A stretch of DNA of 64,000 nucleotides from Macrostomum hystrix (Eukaryota > Animalia > Platyhelminthes). Location of the stretch: the NCBI GenBank assembly GCA_950097015.1, contig CATNEN010000026.1:1550001-1614000 (forward strand), written 5' to 3'. Made by a program: the position numbers and the translations under genes. Shown here one piece after another: positions 1 through 12,500 of this stretch (positions are counted from its first letter, which is position 1; each line of letters starts with the position of its first letter). The notes beneath the pieces were generated by a model. That model saw only the letters and a program-made list of their open reading frames with translations. It had not been told where the DNA came from and searched no databases.

Positions 1-567
1 CAAATACAATTCATGCTACTGATAAGTAGTGTAACCGAGTGACAGTGACAGATGTACGAGCATTCACATTTCTATTTGTGCGCCCACCCCCATTTTTCCT
101 GCCCCACACATGTACATTTTTTTTGGGCGTATCTCTCTCTCTCTCTACCCCTCTAACGTGAATTTATTTATGTTCAATAAAATCGCACCGCCCAAGTAGG
201 GGCCTCAACACTTTTCCATAGTGCTGAATCATGAACTGAACTCTTACAAGCAGCTCAGAAAAAATACAAGCAGGAAAATGCTTGAATTCACGTGCTGCAG
301 GAGCGTGTCGGGAACTGCATGGCAAAATGAAATCCTACACCAATGGACCGCGACTAAATCCCAGCTTATTGATTGATTTTCCCATGGCAAGTACTCGTAG
401 CTAAGCGTCATTAGCCATTCTCCCTAGTCTCTGTGCGGCCTTCCTTCTATCCTCCTGATGCCCATAATTAGCATAATTTATTCAGGCCTCGGAACACTGC
501 GCTTTGATGATGAGGCGACTCAAACTGATTTTCCTTTTCTGCTCCCATCTCTTATGCTCTTGAGTAG

Positions 568-897
568 GGCTGGAGTGGGTCGAGTTCCCGAATTGGCCCG
601 GAGGCAGAGCAGCTGTCGCTGTCGCCTCTGCCCTCCCCACCTCCTGTTGTGTCCGTCCCTCTCCATCGCTTCACTCAGAGTTTGATTGGACAAAAGACAG
701 ATCCTCAGACTGAAGCCTGCGAGAGGCCGAGACGGAAAACTCCTAAAGCCTTCTCTTTTGACTTTGCAGGCATTTTTTGATAAGGTCTAATCTCGCCCTC
801 TAATAATCCTAGGCGTTTCTCCACAACAAAGTCTGCCCCAGGCTTGTCTTTTTGTGCAGCAGCTTCATTGCCCGACATGCACAATGCCATTAGCCAG
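568..897 (+). CDS. Candidate upstream linker exons of the FARP-like gene (568..769, 860..897)
   Basis: Open frame GWSGSSSRIGPEAEQLSLSPLPSPP..DFA (568..769) joins in phase 1 to AASLPDMHNAISQ (860..897, acceptor tttttgtgcag, donor gtaagc), which joins in phase 0 to 1089. The first junction needs a GC donor at 770. No homology recognised. Confidence 0.4.
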
Positions 898-910
898 GTA
901 AGCCAGGTAA

Positions 911-1086
911 TCTCAAATCCCACACCGTGAGACTCCCCCATCCCCTCAAATCCCACACCGTGAGACTCCCCCATCCCCTCAAATCCCACACCGTGAGACT
1001 CCCCCATCCCCTCAAATCCCACACCGTGAGACTCCCCCATCCCCTCAAATCCCACACCGTGAGACTCCCCCATCTCCTCAAATCTC
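911..1086. repeat. 33-bp minisatellite (~5 copies) filling a FARP intron
   Basis: Unit ctcaaatcccacaccgtgagactcccccatccc, running up to the acceptor. Confidence 0.95.
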
Positions 1087-1088
1087 AG

Positions 1089-4000
1089 CAGGCGGTGAGC
1101 AGTGGCTGCGGTGCTGTGAGTCACAGTCGGCAGCATTGCCCTAACAGCCTGCCCTACCAGCTGTGCCTGGAGCTGTTCATGACGGAGCGCAGCTACCAGC
1201 TGGAGCTTCGACTGGCCTGTCGGCAGCTACGTCGGGCTCTGACGGCCGCAGAGGATTCGTCGCAGAGCCTGACGCCGGCAGAGGCTGGCGGGGCGACGCG
1301 AGCCTGGTCCGTCCTGGCACCGTGCCTGGAACAGCTCGAACGGCTGCGGGGCGAGCATAGGCACATGATGAACGATTTGGAGCTTCGACTGGGCGATTGG
1401 AAGGCGGGCAGGCTGGGCCAGAGACTGGCCGACCTGCTGCTCCTGCGGCTGCTCCGCCTGCTGCCGGCCTACAGACACCTGGCTGGAGACGCGCCGCGAC
1501 TGCTCAGCGCCGTCTGCTGCCTGCATCGCGGAGACGCCGGCGCTGCCACAGCGGCTGCTCTGAATGGCTGCATCGCTGAGCCGCTTCATCGGCTTCTGAT
1601 GGCGCCGGCGCACAGACTTCTGCACTATCGCCTGCTGTGCGATCGCCTGCTGCGTCACCATGGCAACCAACACGACGCCGACGCTGTCGCTGATGCTGAA
1701 GACTGCCGACTGCTGCGCGACCAGCTCGACGACGCTCTGCGTCAGACAAACCCGGCGTGCTTTGCAGCTGAACAGTTCTGCATCCTGGCGGAGCTGCTCG
1801 CCGACTTGGCCGACTGTGCAGGCGATGCTGCGCCGCCAATCCATTTGGGCCGCCAGTTCTACCGACTCGGCTGCCTTCGGCGCTTGTCGACCAAGAGGCA
1901 TGTCGGAGAGAGCCAGCGACTGCTGGTATGCCTGACCGACGATTGTCTAGTCTACATGGCGCGGGACGGCAGCGGCGGCGGCGGCGACGACAGCGCGCAT
2001 CGGTTTCGCATCCGCGGACGCTTCCCGCTGGTGAGTCTGACGGTGGACGACAGTCCAGTTGAGGCGACGACCTTGGCGACATCGTTCGCCGTCAGCGGTC
2101 AATGCCGACTCGGCCAAAGAAAACGCATTGTATTCGTAGCGACAAATCGGCGAGAGCGTCGACTGTGGCTGACCGACTTGTCAGCGGCAGCAGAAGCCGC
2201 GACTGCGGAGTCTTCAGCGGATCGCGTGTCGGCGACGCCGGCGACTCATCTGCAGTGCCTGTCGCCGGCTCGCGTCTGCTGGCGCATCGAGGCCAGCCTT
2301 GGCGCGGAGGATCTGCTCCGGTGGCGCAGCTGCCGCATCAGCGGCCACCTTCTGCGGAAGCTGCGCGACTCGCCCGGCTGGCAACGGCTCTGGGTGGTGC
2401 TGGCCTGGGCGGCTCTGCACTTTTACAAGTCTTATCATGTTAGTGTGTCTCTTGAACGCAACTAAAAATTCTACAGTATTTAAACTCAATGTACATTCAA
2501 GCAAAACTTACGTACATTTAATGTACATTCAAGCAAAACTTACGTACATTCAATGTACATTCAAGCAAAACTTACGTACATTCAATGTACATTCAAGCAA
2601 ACCTTACGTACATTCAATGTAAATTCAAGCAAAACTTACGTACATTCAATGTTACTTATACTTAATTGCAGGGGGGCCTGGGGCACTTGACGCACAAGCG
2701 CAGGAACGGCATGCCCCCAGGCCGGCGAACTAGGCGGGAGTCGCCCATCGCGCCATCTAGACCCCTGAACACAGGCACCTCATACACAGCCGCAAGCCAA
2801 GCGGGGAAGGGGGCGGCAGCCGGAGTGCCTCTCACCCCAGGCCCGCACACGCACAGAGCTGACCAAACAAGGGGAGGACTTACATGCCTGAAGGGTAGGG
2901 ACGAGAGGACCAAGCCACGCGCGCAGACGGCTGGTGAAACCTCGCCGCTCAGAGCACGCATGGCTGGTGCACACCCGCCCCACCCCCCATACAACGCCTC
3001 ACACCCGGCCCAACGCACAAACATAAACACAAACAAGCAGGCATGCAGAAGGCAGGAGCGAAGCTATTATTTCAAGCTTTGATTGCACGAAATATGGTGC
3101 ACCTCCGCCGGTCGCTACTGTCCAAACCCCCCCCAACAAGTCCCGAAATTAATCGTGACTTGAAGGGTGAATCGAACTAGCGTCCTTTGGAGTGCGAGGC
3201 AGCGACGTTAGCCGCTGACCCACTCGCCCCCTCCACATTCAATGTACATTCAAGCAAAACTTACGTACACTCAGTGTAAATTCAAGCAATACTTACGTAC
3301 ACTCAGTGTACATTCAAGCGTACACTTAATGCACATTTAAGCAATACTAACGTACACTTAATGTACAGACTTTTCTATCTCTAGTATATCTATCTATATT
3401 AGTTTAATCTATGCAGTTCTCATTAGAACTACAGTTTTACACTGCAGCTAAGGTTTGTACACATTCCACTTGCATGTCGTCAAAGTCTTTGAGCATCCAA
3501 TGAGGGCTTGAGCATTGCTACTAGTCAAATGGGTCTGTGGCAAGGACTACTAAAGTACTACTAGTGGTCCTTGGTCTGTGGCTGAGGACTTTCAGCATCA
3601 AATCAGCCGCTTGACGAGGCAGCGAAGCGTTGAAAGGTCAAAGAATTGAGGATAAAAAGGGCCTAGTCGTGACTGCACTCACTGAGAGCGCAGCTAATTG
3701 GGTGAAGTATAGGCCGCAGAAAGGCTAGTCCGTCGTCGAATCTATTTAGCCCCAATTTCCTCCAGAGAGAAAACCTTTCTCTTCCCCAAAGATCTACTCG
3801 CGGAGATCCCGAATCCTCTGCGGAGCCGATGAAATCCCCGCGGCACGAGAGGCTATCACCAAATTGTCTTGATGATAATTTCGGTAGGAAAATTTATTAA
3901 CTTGATCTCTTCACTATTCGATGATTTAATTAAGATAAATATAGAACTCATTTTATATTTACTGCTCGGTGCAGTACCTATTCGCAGCTTTAGGCATTGA

Positions 4001-5825
4001 ACAGCTAAATGCTGTGTACAGATATTCAGTCCATGGACTGGGGGGACGCCACACTCACCCAAATGTCTAATCCCAGCTAGTACAGGCACCCATTCTACAG
4101 CTGAGTGTGCTGAGCAATGGGGATTTTGATGTCTCGATCAGTGACATTAACTTCTTTTTTGCTAAGATTCGAACTCGCGACCTCTCGGTCTTTATTGCTA
4201 GCTTTTAGTGTTATAATCTACTCTGAAGAAATCGGCTGTGAAATGATTTAGAGTTCATTTTGAGAATCCCACTGGACCCGACTCATCAATTCCAGACTCA
4301 TTTGTTCCGTCTAATTTGGCTTTTGAATGCGAATGCTAAATCACTCTAGATTCCTGGCTGAATTGCAGTCTGGAGTGATTAACCTCTAGAATAGTTCTAG
4401 AATTTTCAGGACTCCATCAACTAGACCATCCATCTACTCAAATCTTCGGATCTGACAGAACCAATCATTTGGGACCTCTCTCTTCCGTCTGGCTTCAATC
4501 AAGCTTAATCTTTGTGTCCAATTCGCTTTTCTCATTTAATTTTCTTTTAGAATTAATCAAGCTTCGGAAATAGAAGTGTTTTCTTTCAAAAAACTTTTTT
4601 GAACAAGGGGAGAAATAAAATGGTGAGAGATTAGACAAAGAGAGAGGAGACAGGGAGAATATAATACAGGAGAGATGAGACGGGACAGAGATTAGACAAG
4701 AGGAGAGATGACACATGGACAGAGATGACACAGGGTAGAGATGAGACAGGGGAGAGTTGAGACAGGGGGGAGATGAGACAGGGGAGAGTTGAGACAGGGG
4801 GGAGATGAGTCAGGGAAGAGATGAGACAGGGGGGAGATGAGTCAGGGAAGAGATGAGACAGGGTAGAGATGAGACAGGGTAGAGATGAGACAGGGGGGAG
4901 ATGAGTCAGGGAAGAGATGAGACAGGGGGAGATGAGACAGGGGAGAGTTGAGACAGGGGGGAGATGAGACAGGGGAGAGATGAGACAGGGGGGAGATGAG
5001 TCAGGGAAGAGATGAGACAGGGTAGAGATGAGACAGGGGAGAGTTGAGACAGGGGGGAGATGAGTCAGGGAAGAGATGAGACAGGGTAGAGATGAGACAG
5101 GGGAGAGATGAGACAGGGGAGAGATGAGACAGAGGAGAGTTGATACAGGGAGAGATGAGTCAGGGGAGAGATGAGATGGGGGAAGATATGAGACAGGGGA
5201 GAGATGAGACGGGGGAAGATATGAGACAGGGGAGAGATGAGACGGGGAAAAGATGAGACAGTAGGGGCTGGAAGGGGCCAGGGCGCTGGATCGAGGATGA
5301 CCGCTAATCTGGCCCGCGGGCCAGAGTTTTGCTGAAACTGCATTAGAGAGACAGGAGAGAGCTACATGTTACTTTTCCAAAAACTTCTTTATATGTCGGA
5401 TGCAATTATATTCCTGAGGGTTCTTGAAACACACACACACACACAAACACTCAGGACGAGACGCCCACAGCTCGGCTGCCGCTGATTGGCTGCGAGATTG
5501 GCCAGCCGGACGGTCCCGAGGATCGGGAAGCGACGATGGACAAGAGGTACGTCTTCCGGCTGACCTGCGGCAGCCGCAGGTACTACTTTCGCACCGACTG
5601 TCGGACAAACTACGATAGGTGAGATCTAGTTCTTATTTTATCTACCAAAAGGATAGAGCTTAAAACTAGACACCCGAAACACATCCCCTTACATCATAAA
5701 GATGGTTCGATTTAATCAGCCGAGTAATATCGCCACGGCAACGATACGATGAAATACTCGACAAAGAACTCAGCCGGAATGAACATGAAAATAAGCCGTC
5801 AAACTCTATTTCATTAAGCAGTTAA
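1089..5825 (+). CDS. FARP: FARP1/2-like RhoGEF (DH-PH-PH part; 5' FERM exons presumably upstream of the window)
   Basis: Exons 1089(or 1092)..2438, 5455..5618, 5702..5825 (stop TAA), all GT-AG and phase-compatible (0, then 2). Spliced product has a DH domain (ELFMTERSY; APAHRLLHYRLLCDRL), PH1 (GRQFYRLGCLRRLS) and PH2 (ISGHLLRKLRDSPGWQRLWVVL..FYKSYH|DETPTARLPLIG..YVFRL..YYFRTD..R|WFDLI). PH2 matches FARP1 LSGNLLRKFKNSNGWQKLWVVF..FYKSHQDNHPLASLPLLG. Confidence 0.88.
2485..3365. repeat. 32-bp minisatellite interrupted by a SINE
   Basis: Unit tcaatgtacattcaagcaaaacttacgtacat at 2485..2652 and again, degenerating, at 3235..3365. Confidence 0.9.
2653..3234 (-). mobile_element. tRNA-derived SINE, family B (~580 bp, apparently full length)
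   Basis: The minus-strand 5' end has an A-box-like GGGTCAGCGGCTAACG and a B-box GTTCGATTC, then a GC-rich body and an AATTAAGTATAAGTA tail. It is flanked by acattcaatgt at 2642..2652 and 3235..3245 (candidate 11-bp TSD, ambiguous inside a tandem array). Confidence 0.7.
4012..4190 (-). mobile_element. tRNA-derived SINE family A, degenerate copy
   Basis: Contains CAGTCCATGGACTG, the cccattctacagctg core and a B-box (gattcgaac on +); similar to the copies at 17.9-18.2, 27.0, 27.7 and 36.5 kb. Confidence 0.75.
4640..5340 (-). mobile_element. Degenerate hAT MITE with internal 16-bp VNTR (GAGATGAGACAGGGGA)n
   Basis: The right end is the reverse complement of a decayed cagggg/tcggcaaactccggcccgcgggccag terminus shared with 36009 and 39416, and the internal repeat is the same family. 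The other TIR and a TSD were not found. Confidence 0.65.
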
Positions 5826-5889
5826 ATGTTTAATTATATGAATGCATCACTGATTGCGTTCTGAATTGTTTATTACGAGGAATTTAGAA

Positions 5890-7969
5890 TTGAGTTGTCG
5901 CATTCTGATTCGTCAAATTCCAATTTGAGTTGTCGCATTCTGATTCATCAAATTCCTATTTGAGTTGTCGCATTCTGATTCATCAAATTCCTATTTGAGT
6001 TGTCGCATTCTGATTCATCAAATTCCAATTTGAGTTGTCGCATTCTGATTCGTCAAATTCCAATTTGAGTTGTCGCATTCTGATTCGTCAAATTCCAATT
6101 TGAGTTGTCGCATTCTGATTCGTCAAATTCCAATTTGAGTTGTCGCATTCTGATTCATCAAATTCCTATTTGAGTTGTCGCATTCTGATTCATCAAATTC
6201 CAATTTGAGTTGTCGCATTCTGATTCGTCAAATTCCAATTTGAGTTGTCGCATTCTGATTCGTCAAATTCCAATTTGAGTTGTCGCATTCTGATTCATCA
6301 AATTCCTATTTGAGTTGTCGCATTCTGATTCGTCAAATTCCAATTTGAGTTGTCGCATTCTGATTCATCAAATTCCAATTTGAGTTGTCGCATTCTGATT
6401 CATCAAATTCCTATTTGAGTTGTCGCATTCTGATTCATCAAATTCCAATTTGAGTTGTCGCATTCTGATTCATCAAATTCCAATTTGAGTTGTCGCATTC
6501 TGATTCGTCAAATTCCAATTTGAGTTGTCGCATTCTGATTCGTCAAATTCCAATTTGAGTTGTCGCATTCTGATTCGTCAAATTCCAATTTGAGTTGTCG
6601 CATTCTGATTCATCAAATTCCAATTTGAGTTGTCGCATTCTGATTCGTCAAATTCCAATTTGAGTTGTCGCATTCTGATTCGTCAAATTCCAATTTGAGT
6701 TGTCGCATTCTGATTCATCAAATTCCAATTTGAGTTGTCGCATTCTGATTCGTCAAATTCCAATTTGAGTTGTCGCATTCTGATTCGTCAAATTCCAATT
6801 TGAGTTGTCGCATTCTGATTCATCAAATTCCTATTTGAGTTGTCGCATTCTGATTCATCAAATTCCTATTTGAGTTGTCGCATTCTGATTCATCAAATTC
6901 CAATTTGAGTTGTCGCATTCTGATTCATCAAATTCCTATTTGAGTTGTCGCATTCTGATTCATCAAATTCCTATTTGAGTTGTCGCATTCTGATTCATCA
7001 AATTCCTATTTGAGTTGTCGCATTCTGATTCATCAAATTCCAATTTGAGTTGTCGCATTCTGATTCATCAAATTCCTATTTGAGTTGTCGCATTCTGATT
7101 CGTCAAATTCCAATTTGAGTTGTCGCATTCTGATTCATCAAATTCCAATTTGAGTTGTCGCATTCTGATTCATCAAATTCCTATTTGAGTTGTCGCATTC
7201 TGATTCATCAAATTCCTATTTGAGTTGTCGCATTCTGATTCATCAAATTCCAATTTGAGTTGTCGCATTCTGATTCATCAAATTCCAATTTGAGTTGTCG
7301 CATTCTGATTCGTCAAATTCCAATTTGAGTTGTCGCATTCTGATTCATCAAATTCCAATTTGAGTTGTCGCATTCTGATTCGTCAAATTCCAATTTGAGT
7401 TGTCGCATTCTGATTCATCAAATTCCAATTTGAGTTGTCGCATTCTGATTCGTCAAATTCCAATTTGAGTTGTCGCATTCTGATTCGTCAAATTCCAATT
7501 TGAGTTGTCGCATTCTGATTCATCAAATTCCAATTTGAGTTGTCGCATTCTGATTCATCAAATTCCAATTTGAGTTGTCGCATTCTGATTCGTCAAATTC
7601 CAATTTGAGTTGTCGCATTCTGATTCGTCAAATTCCAATTTGAGTTGTCGCATTCTGATTCATCAAATTCCTATTTGAGTTGTCGCATTCTGATTCATCA
7701 AATTCCAATTTGAGTTGTCGCATTCTGATTCATCAAATTCCAATTTGAGTTGTCGCATTCTGATTCGTCAAATTCCAATTTGAGTTGTCGCATTCTGATT
7801 CGTCAAATTCCAATTTGAGTTGTCGCATTCTGATTCGTCAAATTTCTATTTGAGTTGTCGCATTCTGATTCATCAAATTCCTATTTGAGTTGTCGCATTC
7901 TGATTCATCAAATTCCTATTTGAGTTGTCGCATTCTGATTCGTCAAATTTCTATTTGAGTTGTCGCATT
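5890..7969. repeat. 35-bp minisatellite (~59 copies) just 3' of the FARP stop
   Basis: Unit tttgagttgtcgcattctgattc(a/g)tcaaattcc(a/t)a. Confidence 0.97.
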
Positions 7970-8855
7970 GAACAATTCGTCAATTGCCTATAGTGTCGTT
8001 TTTTATTAGTAATACTTTTGCCTACTCAGCTACTCTTAGTAAAAACATGCGAACATTAGCGATGGAAAAATACAAATTGTATGACAACCGTCTCGAGACA
8101 GACTTTGATTTCTTCGCATTCCTGACAACAATATTCAAAAAACTGATTGCGAGTCTGTGTTCTTCCACTGTTGTCTCTCAGCCAGGCAAATCTATTTAAA
8201 TAAATAGAATGGGGATTTCACTTCAGTTTAAGCTGAAGGTGCATTTCAGTGTCGCAAATAAGCAATGAAGAAAAATTTCACCAGAGCATACAGCACTTCT
8301 TTTTAACAAAAACACGAAGAAATAAAAATCAATAATAAGGTGGCAAAAATGAGACTTCACAACGGAGTCTAGTCATCCGGGATATTTATTAATTATTGAA
8401 TACATATCGCCAAAATATAATGCAAGGCAAATCAATAGTTGGGCCGGATTTTGCTTTAAAATTGTTTTCACATTTTTCCATTTGCTTTCAGAACTGTTGG
8501 TACCATTGTTGTGCAAAGGACTGGGTGGGTTCGGGTTTGATTAGACTATTGTTATGAGTTTGCATCGAAAACAGGTATTACTACAGGAATAAGTTAATTT
8601 TCATTTGGGCCTTCGGGAATTTTTTAGGAAACAAGTGACACAGGACAGAATAAGGAAAACAAAAGGACTGACCAGCAGTACGCTAGTCTGGGCACTGGAG
8701 AGCAAAGGCAAATTTAATTTCGACATTCTATTTGCACATTCGTAACCCTTTAATACTCGCATATTTGAGAAACTGCATTCGTTCATTTAAAAAAAAGTAA
8801 ACAAAAGGTTGGTCTAAAATCTGAAACAGGTTTAAATATTGTGTTTTGATAACAA

Positions 8856-9415
8856 CTTGAGGATCTGGGAGTGTTCCGATCACATAATGAGGATCTGGGA
8901 GTGTTCCGATCCCAACTTAAGGATCTGGGAGTGTTCCGATTCCTACCTGAGGATCTGGGAGTGTTCCGATCCTAATCTGAGGATCTGGGAGTGTTCCGAT
9001 CACAACCTGAGGATCTGGGAGTGTTCCGATCCCAACTTGAGGATCTGGGAGTGTTCCGATCCCAACTTGAGGATCTGGGAGTGTTCTGATCCTAATCTGA
9101 GGATCTGGGAGTGTTCCGATCACAACCTGAGGATCTGGGAGTGTTCCGATCCCAACTTGAGGATCTGGGAGTGTTCCGATCCCAACTTGAGGATCTGGGA
9201 GTGTTCTGATCCTAATCTGAGGATCTGGGAGTGTTCCGATCACAACCTGAGGATCTGGGAGTGTTCCGATCCCAACCTGAGGATCTGGGAGTGTTCCGAT
9301 CCCAACTTGAGGATCTGGGAGTGTTCCGATCCCAACTTGAGGATCTGGGAGTGTTCTGATCCCAACTTGAGGATCTGGGAGTGTTTCGAACTCAAATTGA
9401 GGATCTGGGGTCTAA
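8856..9415. repeat. 30-bp minisatellite (~18 copies) 3' of NPL4
   Basis: Unit gaggatctgggagtgttccgatcccaactt; source of the spurious LRIWECSDPN ORF. Confidence 0.97.
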
Positions 9416-9568
9416 TTAAAAAAGAGAGGTAGCAGTATAAATGTGAGATCTCAGAAGGTAAAGATCCCATTAATAAATATTCCCAATTAATAACTGATGG
9501 CGCCCCCAATGTTAGGTTTAAGAAGAGAAAATTTCCATCGAAGAGCAATGCAAAACTGGCTTCCGGGG

Positions 9569-12500
9569 TCACTGCGGCAGTCCGCAGATCTCGCAGGCCG
9601 CATTCTCGCCGCCGCCGGAATTATGAAAAGTGCAGTGCCGACACTGCCAGCCGGCACCTGATTGGCTGAACGCCACTGCCCGGACCACCTCCCAGCTGGG
9701 GCAGGTGGCCGCCACGGCTTCGGCCGCGGCCGAGTCACCTTTGGTCACGTGAGCAAGGAGTTCGCGCAGCTTTTCCGGCGGGAAAGCGATCACAGGATCA
9801 GTGAGCAGGTGGAGCAGCAGGTGAAAGTCGGACAGGACCGCCGCCAGGCCTCGCCCGGCAACGGTTTCTAGGGCGTCGCGAAGGCCAGCGGCGGGGGTCT
9901 CGCCGCTGATGCCTGCTCGATTCTCTATTGGGAATTGGGAGGCCGGCTGGAATGAGCACTCGTGCTCAGAAGTGTCCTTAGCGAAGCCGACCGGCATGTC
10001 GATGAGCAGGAAGTCAACAGGAAGCGGTCTGCGGTCGACGATTTTTGATTCCGAGATGAGTAAATATCCCACTTAATTCTGCCCTTCCGCTTTACCCTAA
10101 ATCCCAAGCTTCTTATCTACTAAAAGCTGCCGAATCTACTCCGAGCTTCTCAATCTATGCCAAGTTTCTCAATAAAAACCGAGCTTCTTAAACTACTCGA
10201 AGTTTGGTTGAGCTGTGGTTGAGCTGCGCCTAATATAATTATTAAGGTAAAATTGAAGAAATTCGCGTCAGGGTGTCCATAGTGGCCTATTTCCTCCTGT
10301 TGTAGCCCTTGAAGGTCCAGCGAATCCGTCTAGATAAAGGAAGGTGACCACCGAAGACGGAGATGATGCAGGCACATTCGGGTGACATGCTGATAAAGTT
10401 TGAAGGCCTGGCAAGGCCGCACTGAGGCGCAGTGCTAATTCGTGTATAGGGGTGTATGAAATACACTAGCGCTTATTGGAATAATCAGACCTTCGGCCAG
10501 AACCATTGAATATCTCGACGGTCTGAAGGGCTGGCGACTTGATTATTTTGCCAAAATTTTGCCAAAACTGGCAAAATTGTTTCAGAAGATGCGCAACAAA
10601 AAGTTGACCCGTGTTCTTGAGTTTCGCGTGCTTTCATTCCTCCGTTGGGGTGCAGCACAAAAAATTGTCAGGGGGAAATCCCCCTTCGTTGTTCTACTGT
10701 TAATTTACTTCAAGCTTTCCTATGTACCCAAGCTACTTTCAATAGGTACGCCAATAATCACGATCCAATCGAAGCCAACCAAATTATCAGGTAGTTAATC
10801 ATCACCTGGCCAATCGCTTCATCCTGTTGCCGTATTCGTTGGTGCCGCTGTAAAACACATCGGGCGCAAATTGGCCATCTTTTGTTCTCTCGCGGCACCA
10901 GGCCAGCTCCGGCGCGTCAAATGTAGGCACAAGAATCTCGTCCCTAACCAGAGCCATGCCCTGATTAGACAGCTGATAAGCTGTTGGCGAAATCTGATTG
11001 GTCTGATCGCCTGTTAGGACGCAGGTGACAAATTTTGAGCCGAAACGGCCGCCCTCAGCTTTGGCGCATTGATTCGGATGCTGAACCTGCAGATTGCCGG
11101 CTGTGATGGCCTCCTCGGCGCTTAGAAAAAATGTGTCGCCAGTGCCGCGAAAGTGGCGCACCTGAGAATTGTTTTTGGCAAAATAAATCACAATAATGTT
11201 TTTTTATTTAACGCAAATTATAAGACGACAGAATGTACTTTTAGAAGCAACAATACGAATGCACTTTTTGCGTTGGTTTAAATTTTATTTCTGAGTTAGT
11301 GTACGATCGTACTTTTCGATGAACTTCTATTGTACTTTTGACTTGGGACGAATGTAATCTTAGGGTTTCGGCGATTGTACTTTTAGAGTTAAGTCATCGT
11401 ACCACCTCTAAATAGTACGTACTATTTAGAGTTGGTACGATTGTACTCTTAGGGTTTAGGCGATTGTACTTTTAGAGTTAGACGAATGTACTTTTTGAGT
11501 TGGGACGAATACAAGCTTGTATAATCTTTGTGTATAAGCGATTGTACTTTTAGAGTTAGGTCACTGTACTATTTGCAGTTGGTACGATTGTACTCTTAGG
11601 GTTTAGGCGATTGTACTTTTAGAGTTGAACGAATATACTTTTCGAGTTTGGACGAATGTACTCTTAGGTATAAACGAGTGTACTTTTAGAGTTAGTACGA
11701 CTGCACTCTTAGGATTTAGTCGATTGCACTCTTAGGGTTTTTAGCGATTATACTTTTAGAGTTGGCCGATTCTACATTTATAGTTGGGTAAATGTACTTT
11801 CAGGAGCTTAGGCGATCGCAATTTTGTGTTCGGGCGATTGAACTTTTAGCGTCATTGCATATGTATTTTTATATAGTTTATACTGCTTTTAGATTTAGGG
11901 CGGGTGTAGTACTCGTAGAGTCAGAATGAGATCTCACCTTTCCGGACTCTTCAGAAGGCAGCAGATCAGTGAACACCCAGCCAACCAGTTGCATGCCCAG
12001 CATATCTAACAGGGCGTCCAAAGCAGGCTTGGCCGGATCTTCCGTTGCCAGCGAGACCCGATGCTTGTGACACTCCTGAGGCGGCTCGTAGATGGCTGCC
12101 ACCACGGCTTTGATGCCCAGCGACACTCCGGCGTGTTTTTCGTATCGTCCAACTAAATAGCCAATGCGCTGGTGACCAGTCCTACGCCAGAAATTAACAA
12201 ACCTATCCACAATTGACGGGTGCTCAAATTGCAAATAGTCCACATGCCTGTAGCCTTGCTGTTCCAGGGTTAGCGGATCCGGCATGCAGGCGCTGCAGAT
12301 GCCGGCTGAGTCGTGATTGCGACAGCCGGGCTTCTTACGGGCGCTGACGTTGGCGAGCGCTCCGCCGTACTTCTCAGCCTGGTGTTTTAAGAGAGAATGA
12401 ATAGAAATGACACCTGACCCACTGTGTACAGCTGTTCAGTCCATGGACTGGGAAGCCACACCTACTCAAATTAAGTATCTTCGAGAGGTTTATGGGCACA

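Noticed and set aside
222-375. Possible upstream FARP/FERM exon (LNHELNSYKQLRK..EILHQWTATK)
   Set aside because: The frame hits TGA before any usable donor, and the FERM similarity is too weak to assert.
1227-2622. Antisense and alternative-frame ORFs over the FARP exon (also over the dehydrogenase, INTS15 and nested-gene exons)
   Set aside because: Shadow ORFs expected in GC-rich coding DNA; another frame has clear homology or splice support.
5890-7969. CRISPR-like array
   Set aside because: Units are contiguous with no unique spacers, the context is eukaryotic, and there are no cas genes. The same holds for all other arrays.
8839-9432. LRIWECSDPN ORF resembling a WD or LRR repeat
   Set aside because: 30-bp minisatellite with a TTG start and no non-repeat coding context.
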